Origin: a virus
Lineage: Duplodnaviria > Caudoviricetes
Virus record (IMG/VR): IMGVR_UViG_3300037882_002064
Location: 1,423-65,422 of that record
Length of the DNA stretch: 64,000 bases
Direction: 5' to 3' (one strand)
This document shows positions 54,469 to 63,424 of this stretch, in pieces; position 1 is the first letter of the stretch; each line of letters begins with the position of its first letter. Under the pieces are notes generated by a model, which searched no databases, was not told the origin of the DNA, and saw only the letters and a program-made list of their open reading frames with translations. A program made the translations under genes and the position numbers.

Positions 54469-54616
54469 AATGCAAACTCCTTCCACCGGGAAAACATTGG
54501 CCGCCGTAATAGCCGCCACCATCGAACTCGCACAGATTGTGCGCCCTGGCATCGACCGCGACCCAAGACAGGGTTGCGATCCAGCCAACTACTGCTATGA
54601 ATTTCACCGCGTTCAT
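54245..54616 (-). CDS. Possible secreted or membrane hypothetical protein (overlapping)
   Basis: ATGA-coupled start and signal-like N-terminus, but overlaps the next gene by 224 bp. Confidence 0.35.
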   Translation of the reverse strand: MNAVKFIAVVGWIATLSWVAVDARAHNLCEFDGGGYYGGQCFPGGRSLHYVRERSIGRSVYCRPSFGSRVLLLPCPAAQRSVECLQESNQGRATPVLGARERRPVSNTGVHRSAWHFVYDSRN

Positions 54617-54978
54617 ATTCTTACCCCATCAAAGTCTTTCGGCCCCAGCGGGGGCAGCCCGGTTGCGCTTTCGCCCTTACTGGTCTGCTCTCGGGTGCGA
54701 AAAAATCCATCGTGTTGAGGATATTTTTTCATAAAAGCTCTGGCATAGAACGCGCTATAGTTATTGTTAATTTTGAAAGTGGAATTGCCATCACTATCAG
54801 CCTGATCCGTTTCCCACCTTATGCGCGAAAATACCCCATGTTGAGCGGAATAGTTTTTGAATCCTCGACCTATCAAGTCAAAGGTAAATTTGCAAAACAA
54901 TTCCCATACCAATGGGTTTTCCCTGTGAAAAACAACCACTTGTTCGCGTAGTTCATCATGCCGAGTTTTAGTATTCAT
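54613..54978 (-). CDS. Conserved phage hypothetical protein
   Basis: FHRENP.VW..F...RIRWE...FKINNNYSAFYAR...FF.TR pattern; start MNTK. Confidence 0.7.
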   Translation of the reverse strand: MNTKTRHDELREQVVVFHRENPLVWELFCKFTFDLIGRGFKNYSAQHGVFSRIRWETDQADSDGNSTFKINNNYSAFYARAFMKKYPQHDGFFRTREQTSKGESATGLPPLGPKDFDGVRI

Positions 54979-55237
54979 TCTGAAAAATATCCGCGTAGGC
55001 TCTATCCCAGTCAGCCAGAAGCTCCTGAGTGGAGGAAAGCGCAGTCTCGTCGCCACTGGCCGCGATAGCATCATCGATAAACTCTTGCAGCTCTTGAGAC
55101 ATAAGGATGGCAACCAGCATCAAGTTTTGTAGTGCTTCAAGTCTATTATTGACTTCCTGCATAAGGGCGTCACTCGGCCCCTTAAATTCCGTTGATTCGC
55201 GCATTTCATCAAGAACATGATAGGGGATCTCTGGCAT
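54968..55237 (-). CDS. Hypothetical protein
   Basis: AGGAG RBS after the ssb stop; 89 aa. Confidence 0.65.
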   Translation of the reverse strand: MPEIPYHVLDEMRESTEFKGPSDALMQEVNNRLEALQNLMLVAILMSQELQEFIDDAIAASGDETALSSTQELLADWDRAYADIFQNEY

Positions 55238-55248
55238 TGTCTTTGCTC

Positions 55249-55818
55249 CTAGAAAGGAATGTCGTCGTCGTCGAAGTGCGGTGGATTGTGCGGATCATAA
55301 TAATTTTGTGATGGTTGCGGCTGGTTGGTCGTATATGGGCCGCTCCGCTGCTCAGTGCGCTGCTGGGCGATCTGGTTGGCCTTTCCCATTTCAGTCATAG
55401 GCTCAGACAATTGCGCTTGGGGGCGAGACTGCTGGCCGCCAGCGTGTTGCTGGCCACCCTCAGCCTGGCGCGGATCGAGACTTTGCATTTCGGTCGCTAT
55501 AACCTCTGTGATGTAGTGATCCTTGCCCTCCTTGTCCGTCCACTTGCGGGTTTGCAGTTTACCCTCGATATACACTTTGGAGCCTTTCTTGAGCCACTCC
55601 CCGGCCATTTGTCCCATCTTGTAATTGCCACGATCCCGGAACACGACCTTATGCCACTCGGTGCGCTCCTGTATTTGCCCTGTCTGCTTATCCTTCCAGC
55701 TCTCACTGGTGGCGATGGAGGCATTTGTTACCGCCCCTCCATCAGGAAAGAAACGGGTTTCCGGGTCATTGCCCAGGTTGCCCACGATGATTACTTTGTT
55801 CACGCCTCGTTGTGCCAT
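55249..55818 (-). CDS. ssb: Single-stranded DNA-binding protein
   Basis: [40 protein letters not shown]-terminal DDDIPF. Confidence 0.97.
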   Translation of the reverse strand: MAQRGVNKVIIVGNLGNDPETRFFPDGGAVTNASIATSESWKDKQTGQIQERTEWHKVVFRDRGNYKMGQMAGEWLKKGSKVYIEGKLQTRKWTDKEGKDHYITEVIATEMQSLDPRQAEGGQQHAGGQQSRPQAQLSEPMTEMGKANQIAQQRTEQRSGPYTTNQPQPSQNYYDPHNPPHFDDDDIPF

Positions 55819-55827
55819 GTGATTCTC

Positions 55828-56934
55828 CTAGTTATTGAGCAGGTGTGGTACTGTTGCTACGATTGAATGAATTGATTTCTCTACTCCAGCCGTCACCAGC
55901 CGCTTGCGGGTTGAGGCCTCGATGGCGGCCATAGGTGCGTTGATCGGCGTCCGTACTCGCAGCTCGATCATCACTGTGACCCAGTGCTGGCCATCAGCAA
56001 TAATCACATCCGGGGTTTTCGGAACGAAACAGGGCGGCGGTTCGTGTCCTGTCTCCGGGCCATAGCCAAAACTCTCCATCATGCCGGGGGGCGTAGCAAG
56101 AGCCTCAACTACCTGGCGCAGCTCTGGCGATGGCCCATCACCAAAACCCTCGGACAGGCCCGGTGCGCCAAGATCAGGCGGTGTGCCGGTATAAACCTCG
56201 ATTGTCCTTTCAGGCACAAACGCAGCCATTTCCTGTATTTTCTTGGCCGCGGCCATGATCTCGGCCTGGCGCTCAAGCTCCCGGTCGATCAGCGCAATCA
56301 AGTTAGATTGGTAGATCGCCTCGTCGTCCACGAACAGGAACCCGGCCACATGCTCTCGGGTCAGGGGGGAATGCAGGCCGGCCCGGTGACTGCGGTTTTC
56401 CAGCTCAGACAGCCGCAGGGCGCAACGGGTTTGCCGGTTCAGGCACTCACCTACCCGAGCGGCCACAGCATCCCGAGCAGCCTTGGCGACCTTCCCGCCA
56501 GCGGTCATATTGCTGATCTTTATCAGATCCGCTGTTTGACCATTGCGGAACTCGCCACTGACATTGTGCTTGTTGTAGCCCTCGATCAGCAGCTTATTCA
56601 GCTCTGTTTCGAGCTGATCCAGTGTGGTCGCCTCGAAGGCGGCGATCTGATCCAGTATCTTTTTGCGGCCATCTTTGCACATGGCTTCCAGTTCTTTCAC
56701 TTGTGTTTCAAACTCGCGCAACGGCCCACCAATGGACGCGACCACCTCTTTGCGTCGATCCCCAATGGCCGCAGCCATCTTATTCAGCTCAGTAGCCAGC
56801 TTTTTCGCTTCCGCTATTTCATCAGCGACGATCACTACATCATATTGGGCCAGGGTGAATTCAAGCTGCGCGCGCCACACATCATAATTGGTGACGATAA
56901 TGGGCAGGGTTGCTTCTACAAGGAGTTGTTCCAT
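55828..56934 (-). CDS. DUF1351-like coiled-coil protein
   Basis: AKKLATELNK...RRKEV...P...FE...I..QI..FE pattern; between exo and ssb. Confidence 0.7.
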   Translation of the reverse strand: MEQLLVEATLPIIVTNYDVWRAQLEFTLAQYDVVIVADEIAEAKKLATELNKMAAAIGDRRKEVVASIGGPLREFETQVKELEAMCKDGRKKILDQIAAFEATTLDQLETELNKLLIEGYNKHNVSGEFRNGQTADLIKISNMTAGGKVAKAARDAVAARVGECLNRQTRCALRLSELENRSHRAGLHSPLTREHVAGFLFVDDEAIYQSNLIALIDRELERQAEIMAAAKKIQEMAAFVPERTIEVYTGTPPDLGAPGLSEGFGDGPSPELRQVVEALATPPGMMESFGYGPETGHEPPPCFVPKTPDVIIADGQHWVTVMIELRVRTPINAPMAAIEASTRKRLVTAGVEKSIHSIVATVPHLLNN

Positions 56935-56936
56935 GT

Positions 56937-57197
56937 CTATTGCTCCAATTCTAATAAAAGGGCATCAGCCCACCGTACAGCATCGCTTGCAATGGCTTCT
57001 AAGCTGGCGACACCACCATCGTCATACGCGGCAAGCCCGGCCATAATGTGCGTGGCCATGTACTCGCGCTTTGTGAGGCCAAAGGCTTCATTGTTACCTG
57101 TTGCGGCCTTCTCGCCATTGGCCTTGGCCCTGGCCTTTTTGTATGCCTTGAGCCTCTCTCTTTCTGTCATAGAGTAGCTGTCAGTCCCGGCCACCAT
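56937..57197 (-). CDS. Conserved phage hypothetical protein
   Basis: GLTKREYMA..IMAGL...A..AV..ADALL.EL motif; TGATG overlap. Confidence 0.7.
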   Translation of the reverse strand: MVAGTDSYSMTERERLKAYKKARAKANGEKAATGNNEAFGLTKREYMATHIMAGLAAYDDGGVASLEAIASDAVRWADALLLELEQ

Positions 57198-57955
57198 CAG
57201 AAAATATCCCCCAGGTCATTAAGATCAAATTCCGGCACCACCTTCACACCATCAGAGACAAACTCGCGCTGTATGATGCCTGCTTTTATAGCCAGCTCTT
57301 TTTGGCGAGCTAACCATGCCGCCTTATCATTGATCCGCGCTACCAGTGCCTGAACAGTGTTATCGAACTCCACCAGATCATCCACCAGCATGTCGATGTA
57401 GTTATTGTCCCGGTATATCCGGTGAACAATCAGATCCATGCCATTGCACTCGAAGTCAGGGAAGTACAGGCCGTAGTCGCACCATTGCCGATTTGTGATC
57501 CACAGGCACCCTTGGATCTGATCCATTGAAATGCCGTCTTGGTTGTCGTCCAGCATGATCGAGATCACTTTTTCATCATCACTGAAGCACTTGTACTCGG
57601 CCATGCCTTCCTCGCCAATCCATCCGTCCAGCGAACAGCCAAACCGGCGATCATCGGTGGCGACAAAGCCGCCCTGCTCGATGAAGATATTGTGGCGCTT
57701 TTCATGGAGGAACCTGGCTTCGGTTTCCAGCTCATTGCCCCGGCGCATTGCAAAAGTCTGATATTTATCCCAGCTCGCAGCCTTCCCGCTCACGCGCTCG
57801 ACAGCCAGCCGCCAAGCGTATTTCCTAGCCGCCGCAGTAGGTGTTACTCCATCTTTGAGCGTTGAGCGCGCTGTCTCGAACATCGAGGCCGTGATAGCCC
57901 CGGCCCGATCCTCCAACCAGTCGTCAGTGCCTTGCTCACTCAGAGAAATAATCAT
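57197..57955 (-). CDS. exo: Lambda-exonuclease / YqaJ-family 5'-3' exonuclease
   Basis: QGTDDW...RAGAITAS, MRRGNELE, CSLDG, EYKC, QIQGCLW. Confidence 0.9.
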   Translation of the reverse strand: MIISLSEQGTDDWLEDRAGAITASMFETARSTLKDGVTPTAAARKYAWRLAVERVSGKAASWDKYQTFAMRRGNELETEARFLHEKRHNIFIEQGGFVATDDRRFGCSLDGWIGEEGMAEYKCFSDDEKVISIMLDDNQDGISMDQIQGCLWITNRQWCDYGLYFPDFECNGMDLIVHRIYRDNNYIDMLVDDLVEFDNTVQALVARINDKAAWLARQKELAIKAGIIQREFVSDGVKVVPEFDLNDLGDIF

Positions 57956-58739
57956 GTTCAATAGCCTCATAATGTTGTTGTGGGGGTGGGGTGCGGCGCT
58001 TTTCTATCCTTGCTTCCAGGCTGCGCTTGCAGGCCTCGAAGCGGGCGGGTTGCAGGGATTCAATGTTGGGAACGCCTGCCGCTATCAAAAAGCTCTCTGT
58101 TGTGTGCCCAGCGGGGGCCAGTAGAGCATGTAGCTCGTTGAGCTGGTCATGGGTAAGGTATCTGGCGGTTGATTCGTCACCGTCTTGCGTGGCCACAATA
58201 GAACTGTCCAGCGCGGCCTCTGCTTCGTCCTGCTCCATGATCCCGCCCAGGCCAAAGGCGTACCGGGCACACTGGATCGTGGCCTTGTGGCGCAACATGC
58301 GCTTGGGCTTCGACCAAGTATCGGTAGGGCGCTTACATTCGGCCAGATCCTCGGTCAACTGAACCGGGTGATCCCGATCCTTGCGGTAGATCGTGCAGGT
58401 CACAGAGACAAACCGGCCTTCCGTATCGTAATTCTCTTGCAGCTCCATCCCGTTGAACTGGGGGTGTGCGTTGATGATGGATAGCCAGCCATCGATAGAC
58501 ACGACCGGCTGAATGCCGCCGCCCTTGGCCGGGAAGGCGTAGATTTCCTTTTTGAGGGGATCAAGCCCGTAAGCATTGGCCACGGCCAGAAAGCTCACGA
58601 ACATTTCATTACTGACGATCATCGGTTGCTTATTCGCATCCTTGGCCGGCATGATCGTGGCCATGATGATGTTCTTGAGCGCAGCCTCATCGAGCTGTAG
58701 CCTGGCGGCCATCGCGGCCAGTGGGTTGGTTGTACTCAT
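57936..58739 (-). CDS. bet: Single-strand annealing recombinase Bet
   Basis: YGLDPLKKEIYAFP.KGGGI.PVVSIDGW..IIN.HPQF.GM...PKRMLRHKA.IQCAR.AFG. Confidence 0.92.
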   Translation of the reverse strand: MSTTNPLAAMAARLQLDEAALKNIIMATIMPAKDANKQPMIVSNEMFVSFLAVANAYGLDPLKKEIYAFPAKGGGIQPVVSIDGWLSIINAHPQFNGMELQENYDTEGRFVSVTCTIYRKDRDHPVQLTEDLAECKRPTDTWSKPKRMLRHKATIQCARYAFGLGGIMEQDEAEAALDSSIVATQDGDESTARYLTHDQLNELHALLAPAGHTTESFLIAAGVPNIESLQPARFEACKRSLEARIEKRRTPPPQQHYEAIEHDYFSE

Positions 58740-59098
58740 ATTCGTCGTTCCTGTTTGTTGTTTGCTATATCAATGCCAGGCTTCAGGGCATCAAAACACT
58801 TGGCGGCCTGCTGATAGGTTTCGTGGAAATAGACCCGACCAACTATCTCATTTCCATCAACCTGCCATGAAGCCCACATCCGTTTTTCGTAGTAGTCTCT
58901 CTGGCCAGCGCAGCACTTAAACCGGCCAACAGCCGGATAAGCCATTGTGGCATCGGCTGGCATCAAAGGATTAGCGCGCCGAGTATGACGAGCAAGACTG
59001 TTAGTGTTGCCAACTGGATCGTAAGTGTGGCCAGCCGTATTGAGACTAGGGGGTGGCGGTGATTGAGTCGTCTGTCCATTCGTAAGCTCCTTATTCAT
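58736..59098 (-). CDS. Hypothetical protein
   Basis: Start MNKELT overlaps the upstream small ORF; ATGA overlap with bet. Confidence 0.55.
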   Translation of the reverse strand: MNKELTNGQTTQSPPPPSLNTAGHTYDPVGNTNSLARHTRRANPLMPADATMAYPAVGRFKCCAGQRDYYEKRMWASWQVDGNEIVGRVYFHETYQQAAKCFDALKPGIDIANNKQERRI

Positions 59099-59219
59099 GG
59101 TGTGAACTCGCTTTACAGGCCGCCAACAGGGTGACGGAGAAGATGATAGGGCCGGCAATAGGGCCGATCACCAAACAGGCGCAGGCCAGAACGGCCAGGC
59201 TAATTGCTATGAATTTCAT
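59091..59219 (-). CDS. Small hydrophobic peptide (42 aa)
   Basis: MKFIAISLAVLACACLVIGPIAGPIIFSVTLLAACKASSHHE; alternative in-frame start at 59264. Confidence 0.5.
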   Translation of the reverse strand: MKFIAISLAVLACACLVIGPIAGPIIFSVTLLAACKASSHHE

Positions 59220-59302
59220 AATTGGCCGCCGTGCAGCATCATGTACATTTGCAGTAGATTCCATGTCCATACTCCGCTAGTTAAAAAGACGAGTGGGTAC
59301 AT
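59216..59302 (-). CDS. Small hydrophobic peptide (28 aa)
   Basis: MYPLVFLTSGVWTWNLLQMYMMLHGGQL; stop overlaps the next ATG (ATGA). Confidence 0.35.
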   Translation of the reverse strand: MYPLVFLTSGVWTWNLLQMYMMLHGGQL

Positions 59303-59336
59303 ATTCTCTGTTCTCGTTCGTTGTTATTGAGGGTCA

Positions 59337-59366
59337 ACGATACTCCCAACAAAAGTACGCTGTCAA
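59337..59366 (-). promoter_or_regulatory. Leftward early promoter (pL-like)
   Basis: On the minus strand: TTGACA, 18 bp, TATCGT. Confidence 0.7.
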
Positions 59367-59379
59367 TACAATGTCGCGC

Positions 59380-59408
59380 TTGCGATGAAATAAATGTCAT
59401 GGTATTGT
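59380..59408 (+). promoter_or_regulatory. Rightward early promoter (pR-like)
   Basis: TTGCGA, 17 bp, TATTGT with extended -10 TGn. Confidence 0.65.
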
Positions 59409-59440
59409 CCTGACAGGTATATCAATCAGGCAGGTGCATT

Positions 59441-59620
59441 ATGAGTAAGCCAGTAAAGAAAAAGGTTTCCCCCAATGCCATACAGATCCGTGATCCAGAT
59501 GGCGAGCTGGGGCTTATCTTAGACAAAATAGCGGGGTATCGTGGGCTGAATACTCGATCCGCTGCCGTGCGGTTTATCGCTTTGGCAGAGGTCAGGAAAT
59601 ACCCGCCACAGGCGAAATAG
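59441..59620 (+). CDS. Ribbon-helix-helix (CopG/Arc-like) regulator, 59 aa (not in ORF track)
   Basis: MSKPVKKKVSPNAIQIRDPDGELGLILDKIAGYRGLNTRSAAVRFIALAEVRKYPPQAK: strand AIQIR, helix, G turn, TRSAAVR helix; AGGT RBS. Confidence 0.7.
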   Translation: MSKPVKKKVSPNAIQIRDPDGELGLILDKIAGYRGLNTRSAAVRFIALAEVRKYPPQAK

Positions 59621-59690
59621 GATATAGCAATTTTTGCTGTAATCCTTGGGGTTTTCTGGTTTTATAAGAATTGTTGGGGGGTCGAATACT

Positions 59691-60377
59691 GTGCAGTATG
59701 TGCGGTTTAATCTTGGTGATTACGCAAAAAAAACCAATCGTTTATCTTTCATAGAGCATGGTGCCTATACCCAGCTCATGTGGGCGATTTATGACCGGGA
59801 GCGGTTTCCAAAATCCCTTGAAGAAGCAGTTGACTGGCTATGGCCGAGAGATCAGGCCGAACGGGATGCCATAGAATTGATCCTGGCGCGCTTTTTTGAG
59901 AAGCAGCCAGAGGGGGCATATACCAATAATCGGCTGCGTGAAGAATTGGAAAAGTACCAAGAATTCTGTTTAGTTCAGTCGGCCCGCGGGAAGAAGGGAG
60001 GGAGGCCAAAAAAACCCGGTGGCTTAGAAAATAAACCCGGTGGGTTAAAAAATAAAGCCACCGGAAAGCGGAAAAAAAGCCTAACCACTAACCACTATCC
60101 ACTAACCACTAACCATATAGAGAGAGAGGCGTGGCTAAGTAAGATTCCAGAAGGTCTTATTGGGGTGGTCAATGAATTCATTCTCCACTGTGATTCTCTT
60201 GATAAACCCATTACCTCAGAAGAAGCCCTCAACCGCACGATGGGGAAAGTTAAAAAATTATCCGAAGAAATGCTAATATCCCAAACGACCATCATCCAGG
60301 AAATGATCGACGCCCGCTGGTGGTCACTAAATACTAAAAAAATGCAGGCGAGATTAGATCGCCGCGCCGGGGGATAG
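59691..60377 (+). CDS. Replication initiator, YdaU/DUF1376-like
   Basis: GTG start; FNLGDY...T..LS..EHGAY..L...YD.E...IL.RFF...N.R...E...ARGKKGGRP; internal iterons. Confidence 0.85.
   Translation: MQYVRFNLGDYAKKTNRLSFIEHGAYTQLMWAIYDRERFPKSLEEAVDWLWPRDQAERDAIELILARFFEKQPEGAYTNNRLREELEKYQEFCLVQSARGKKGGRPKKPGGLENKPGGLKNKATGKRKKSLTTNHYPLTTNHIEREAWLSKIPEGLIGVVNEFILHCDSLDKPITSEEALNRTMGKVKKLSEEMLISQTTIIQEMIDARWWSLNTKKMQARLDRRAGG
60012..60115. repeat. Iteron-like repeats (putative origin) inside the initiator gene
   Basis: AAACCCGGTGG at 60012 and 60033, AAAGCCACCGG at 60054 (21-bp phase); CTAACCA-type heptamer x5 at 60081-60115. Confidence 0.75.
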
Positions 60378-60381
60378 GGGT

Positions 60382-60651
60382 ATGGGCAGTAGAAAAATAA
60401 CGCCAGAAGAACTTGCACGAAAATTGATGATCGCAAGGCAAAGCACCATCACCAGGGCCATTGCCGCGGTCGAGAAGCAAATCCTCGATATACATCACAC
60501 CAAAAATGGCATGGCCAAAAAGATGGGGCTTTATGGCACCTTGTTCGATGAATACGTTCGTGATCTGCGATTCAACCTGCAAAAAATAAAATACGTTGAA
60601 AAGTACAAATGCCATGCGCCCAAGAATCTACAGCCAGGAGATCCGCTGTGA
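60382..60651 (+). CDS. Hypothetical protein
   Basis: 89 aa, basic; GTGA overlap with the next gene. Confidence 0.6.
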   Translation: MGSRKITPEELARKLMIARQSTITRAIAAVEKQILDIHHTKNGMAKKMGLYGTLFDEYVRDLRFNLQKIKYVEKYKCHAPKNLQPGDPL

Positions 60652-61103
60652 GTACCAAGGAGCCTCAGTTTGATCTGAAGCACCCGAAGGGTTGGGAGAA
60701 CTTCAGGGTCGCAGTCGATGAGCGGATCGCGGCCGGCAAGACAGCCATTGTGCGATTCCTTCAGGAGCATCGAACACTAAGCCAGAACGCTATGAGCTTC
60801 CAGCTCTACGCACAGATCGCCAAGCAGTCAGAGGATCAAGGCCCGGAGGATGTACGCCGGGAGTGCAAGTTGATCTACGGCGTCCCGCTGATGTGCGCGG
60901 CCAGCCCCGAGTACGCTAATTACTGGTTCGACACGATCTATCACCTGAACCATGAGCAGCAGTTGCATTGCATGAAGGACTGGCCAGTGACCAGTCAAAT
61001 GGATAAGCCCACGTTCAGTGAGTATGTGGACACGATCTTGAGAACCTACACGATGCTGGGCTACGCCCTGGCAGATCCGAGACAGGCCAGCGAAAAGCGA
61101 TAA
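60648..61103 (+). CDS. NinB-like recombination accessory protein
   Basis: AGGAG RBS; RTLSQNA...IAKQ...TSQM....FSEYVD.I. Confidence 0.75.
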   Translation: MSTKEPQFDLKHPKGWENFRVAVDERIAAGKTAIVRFLQEHRTLSQNAMSFQLYAQIAKQSEDQGPEDVRRECKLIYGVPLMCAASPEYANYWFDTIYHLNHEQQLHCMKDWPVTSQMDKPTFSEYVDTILRTYTMLGYALADPRQASEKR

Positions 61104-61123
61104 CAGCAAAAGGAGTACCAAAT

Positions 61124-61312
61124 ATGAAAAAGTGGACGCCCCCCAAAAAAAGCAAGCGTAATCGCCACACTGGCCGGATCAATGTTCCCAAGGGGAGCGT
61201 TCTCAGGGCCGGTAAAGCTGTTCGGTCGGTAGACGGCAGGTTGTATCGCGTTATGGCCAATGACAGGGGCCACGCTTACGGCATGATCGTTCGGGATTTT
61301 GCCGCGCTATGA
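61124..61312 (+). CDS. Hypothetical basic protein
   Basis: AAGGAG RBS; 62 aa. Confidence 0.65.
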   Translation: MKKWTPPKKSKRNRHTGRINVPKGSVLRAGKAVRSVDGRLYRVMANDRGHAYGMIVRDFAAL

Positions 61313-61545
61313 GCAGTATCGATAGATTACTGGACGCAATTGAGTGGACGCCAGTGGAGAGGAACCTCGAAGGCCCGGTTGGTGGATCACATGACAATCT
61401 GCCGTTCGTTGTATCCAGGGGGGTGCTGGAACTTGGCGGGATCGTGTTGCGTGTCTACCAGCTCGATACCGGCCAGCGGATCATCGATGCTGACGACATG
61501 AATAACTTGTTTGGAAAGATGGCTGAAGATTTCATAGAGGGGTAG
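61309..61545 (+). CDS. Hypothetical protein
   Basis: ATGA overlap; G.LELGG..LRVYQL..GQRIID.DD. Confidence 0.7.
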   Translation: MSSIDRLLDAIEWTPVERNLEGPVGGSHDNLPFVVSRGVLELGGIVLRVYQLDTGQRIIDADDMNNLFGKMAEDFIEG

Positions 61546-61549
61546 CTGT

Positions 61550-61831
61550 ATGAGCAAACTCAGGAAATCAGCTCGGGGCCAGCACTGCACGATTAGAATA
61601 CCTGGCGTGTGCAATTTCAATACTGAGACTGTTGTGCTGTGCCATAGATCGGGCGGCGGCATGGGGGCCAAGACCCACGACTTGTTTGGCTCGTTCGGGT
61701 GCAGCTCTTGTCATGACGCCATCGATGGCCGAATCAAGACCCAGTATGACAAGCGCACCATCGAACATTTTTTCTATGAGGGTATCTTCCGTACCCAGCA
61801 ATACTGGCTTGATGAAGGGTTGATTAAATAA
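61550..61831 (+). CDS. DUF1364/YbcO-like zinc-binding protein
   Basis: SKLRKSARGQ.CTIRIPGVC..N.ETVVLCH...GMG.K..D...CSSCHD.ID. Confidence 0.85.
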   Translation: MSKLRKSARGQHCTIRIPGVCNFNTETVVLCHRSGGGMGAKTHDLFGSFGCSSCHDAIDGRIKTQYDKRTIEHFFYEGIFRTQQYWLDEGLIK

Positions 61832-61847
61832 AAAAAAGGGGGGATTT

Positions 61848-62171
61848 ATGACCGACATGGAGATCTTTGCAAATATGGTGAAGTCAGCGCAATCGGTACA
61901 GGTGGCCGGTGGACTGCTACTCCCGCAGGAGCGCGCCACCCTGGCCGCGAACGAGGAACTGGTGCAGCTCCGGGCCGCAGCAAAGCTGTACGAATTGGCC
62001 GATGAAACGAAGTATCCGGCCACCGTGAAGTTTGTTGAAACACAGAAGCAGAAGGTGATTGACCGAAACAATCGCCTAGAGGGGGCGCTTATTAAAATCA
62101 GGGATATGGATCATCGAGGAAACCGACACCTTTCCGCAGATATTGCCTTTCGGGCGTTGCTACCAGCATGA
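61848..62171 (+). CDS. Hypothetical protein
   Basis: G-rich RBS; 107 aa. Confidence 0.65.
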   Translation: MTDMEIFANMVKSAQSVQVAGGLLLPQERATLAANEELVQLRAAAKLYELADETKYPATVKFVETQKQKVIDRNNRLEGALIKIRDMDHRGNRHLSADIAFRALLPA

Positions 62172-62374
62172 GCAGATACGAAGGCAAGATCAAAGTGGTG
62201 GGCGTGGATCGGATGTGCTTCCCGATTGACCCAGTAACATTGGAGCCTACTGGGGCATCGAGCTACGATGCTTACGCGATAAGCGATCCAGACAAGACGC
62301 CCAATGAGACAATCTCTATTGGCGAGTGGTACAAGCGACTAAGGAAGGCAGGGAAGGGGTTTGGTCGTGATTGA
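62168..62374 (+). CDS. Hypothetical protein
   Basis: ATGA overlap; 68 aa. Confidence 0.6.
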   Translation: MSRYEGKIKVVGVDRMCFPIDPVTLEPTGASSYDAYAISDPDKTPNETISIGEWYKRLRKAGKGFGRD

Positions 62375-62558
62375 GCCGGAATTCATTGAATGGTATCAGG
62401 TTCGCTATGGCGTGACCCCAACCAAAGAGCAGGCCGCGGTCGCGCACGGCTTGTGGAAGTGGTCAAGGAAGCCAAATCGCAAGAACTTCCGGCTCGTAAA
62501 GGTCTATCCGATAAACAAATACATCATGCGGCGCATTACCAGGCGCAACAGGGGGTAG
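62367..62558 (+). CDS. Hypothetical protein
   Basis: Overlaps the previous stop; GTG start after GGAAGGGG. Confidence 0.5.
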   Translation: MIEPEFIEWYQVRYGVTPTKEQAAVAHGLWKWSRKPNRKNFRLVKVYPINKYIMRRITRRNRG

Positions 62559-62563
62559 GGAGA

Positions 62564-63055
62564 ATGGATAATATCGTGTTGCCCCAGTCGCACCTTAACG
62601 ACCTGATTGGCACCATAGAAACGCTGAGAGCAGATAATGCAGCATTGCGGGAGCGTGTTGCCGCGCTGCAACAGGAAGTAAAGAGCTGGAACCGCGAAAA
62701 TGAGGAAACTATTAAGCGATTCTCCGCTATGGGAATTTGTCAAACTTGCGGAAAACCTCTTGAGGGCGGGTATGTTGGAATACAAGGATTGAAATACCAC
62801 TGTACTGATGTATGCCTGCCAGCAGCCGTTCTAAAGGAGAGTGAAATTACCCCGCCCTTCGTCCTCGCCATGCAAAAGCGCATCGCCCTACTGGAGAAGA
62901 TGGCAAAACAAGCCATTGGATACATAGAAGAAATGGAAGTTAAGGTTGATGGCGAATGGGGCGATTGTTTGAATTTGGAAGAACTGCTCGAACAAGGAAA
63001 GATGCCTGCTTTATATTATGGCTTGATTTCCTGTCTGAAGGAGGATGGGGTATGA
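62564..63055 (+). CDS. Hypothetical coiled-coil / zinc-ribbon protein
   Basis: Start MDNIV; CQTCGKP...HCTDVC. Confidence 0.65.
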   Translation: MDNIVLPQSHLNDLIGTIETLRADNAALRERVAALQQEVKSWNRENEETIKRFSAMGICQTCGKPLEGGYVGIQGLKYHCTDVCLPAAVLKESEITPPFVLAMQKRIALLEKMAKQAIGYIEEMEVKVDGEWGDCLNLEELLEQGKMPALYYGLISCLKEDGV

Positions 63056-63408
63056 GTGATACCGGATATACAGACGGTGGCATAAACCCCTATTACATTG
63101 GCGATTGTAAATACTGTGCCGCAAAGATTGCGCTGATTGATGATGCACAAGGGCAGGAAAAAATAGCACAAGAAGTCGCGTGGGATTTGGAGAAGCGCAT
63201 CGCAGAGCTTGAATCCGAGAGTGCTAATTATGTGCTAGAAATTGAAAAACTGGCAGATGAGAACAAGGCACTGAAACAGCGAATATTGGAATTAGAAGGA
63301 AACGAGCAGTCTTATATCAATAAAGCCGAGCAGGATGATGCCACAATCGCCACGCTGAAATACAAAGAAGCATCTTTTAACAAGAATGGTGTTTTCAAAA
63401 AGTTATAG
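63052..63408 (+). CDS. Hypothetical coiled-coil protein
   Basis: GGAGG RBS, ATGA overlap; RIAELE repeats. Confidence 0.65.
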   Translation: MSDTGYTDGGINPYYIGDCKYCAAKIALIDDAQGQEKIAQEVAWDLEKRIAELESESANYVLEIEKLADENKALKQRILELEGNEQSYINKAEQDDATIATLKYKEASFNKNGVFKKL

Positions 63409-63424
63409 AGTCAAGGGGATTAAA

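Noticed and set aside
55984-57177. 397-aa plus-strand ORF
   Set aside because: Antisense shadow of the DUF1351-like gene.
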